This document shows, in pieces, positions 63,430 to 64,000 of a DNA stretch of 64,000 bases (position 1 is its first letter; every line of letters starts with the position of its first letter). The DNA is from Heptranchias perlo (Eukaryota). The notes below the pieces were generated by a model that made no database searches, had not been told where the DNA came from, and worked only from the letters and a program-made list of their open reading frames with translations. The stretch covers positions 1,612,001 to 1,676,000 of the forward strand of contig NW_027139559.1 in the NCBI RefSeq assembly GCF_035084215.1. Reading direction: 5' to 3'. The position numbers were made by a program, and so were the translations under genes.

Positions 63430-64000
63430 GTAATATCATCTTTCAATAGCGCAGTGACATTGAGTAAATTCATTAGAAAGCTGAGTTAATACCTTAGATA
63501 TAACCTGGGTACAAATGATGAACAAAATATTCTAATACAAGCATAATGAGCATAACATTTTTAGATTGGACTCCATTACTCGTTCCTATGTGATTAACTG
63601 GCACATTTAATAAACCTCCTGAATATGATAACACCAGAGGAACGCAAGTATACGACAATTATTGGGACATATAAGCAGAATAATAAACCAATAATGGGAA
63701 GTATTACTTTGCATCTCGATTGTGGAAAGTTGGAAGCACACTAAAAGGGAAAGAGATTATCGAATGATTCCGAGTGATAATCCAGAAATAGTTAGCAATA
63801 TGGTGATAAAGAAGCATCATGGGAATAGTGAGCGTGACGTATTTGAAGTCACCATCAAGTTTGCGAGGGAGAAAGGAGATCAGCAAACAAAGGTTTAGCA
63901 CTTAAACCTGGCTCACTGTGAAGATATGAGGAAAGCATTGACGGAGGAAGAATGGGATAAAATTTCAGTCGGTAAAACGATGGACAAATATTGCAATTGA

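Noticed and set aside
63430-64000. TM2 exon
   Set aside because: Too short to call and no convincing acceptor plus polyA found; probably beyond the window

Overview
Eukaryotic DNA, almost certainly from a shark or other elasmobranch, judged by an IgNAR gene and shark-type LINE/SINE/Penelope repeats. The right 26 kb holds one nearly complete IgNAR heavy-chain-only antibody cluster on the + strand: octamer/TATA promoter, leader, V, ONE D, one J, C1-C5 with secretory tail, and TM1 (TM2 not identified). The cluster departs from the canonical V-D1-D2-D3-J plan. The V exon runs about 20 nt past YYCKA into D-like sequence before a 22-bp-spacer RSS, which suggests a germline V-D join. V has only the two canonical Cys, while D and J each encode a Cys. 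The secretory tailpiece has a TAG just before the terminal Cys-Thr codons and has lost its N-glycan sequon. The left part holds a decayed tRNA cluster with an intact intron-containing tRNA-Arg(TCG), and a two-exon GPR139/142-like GPCR bracketed by a ~4.7-kb direct segmental duplication. It also holds a young Penelope-like retroelement with inverted termini carrying hammerhead motifs. CR1/L2 LINE fragments, SINEs and minisatellites occur throughout. All calls come from manual reading; repeat boundaries are approximate.
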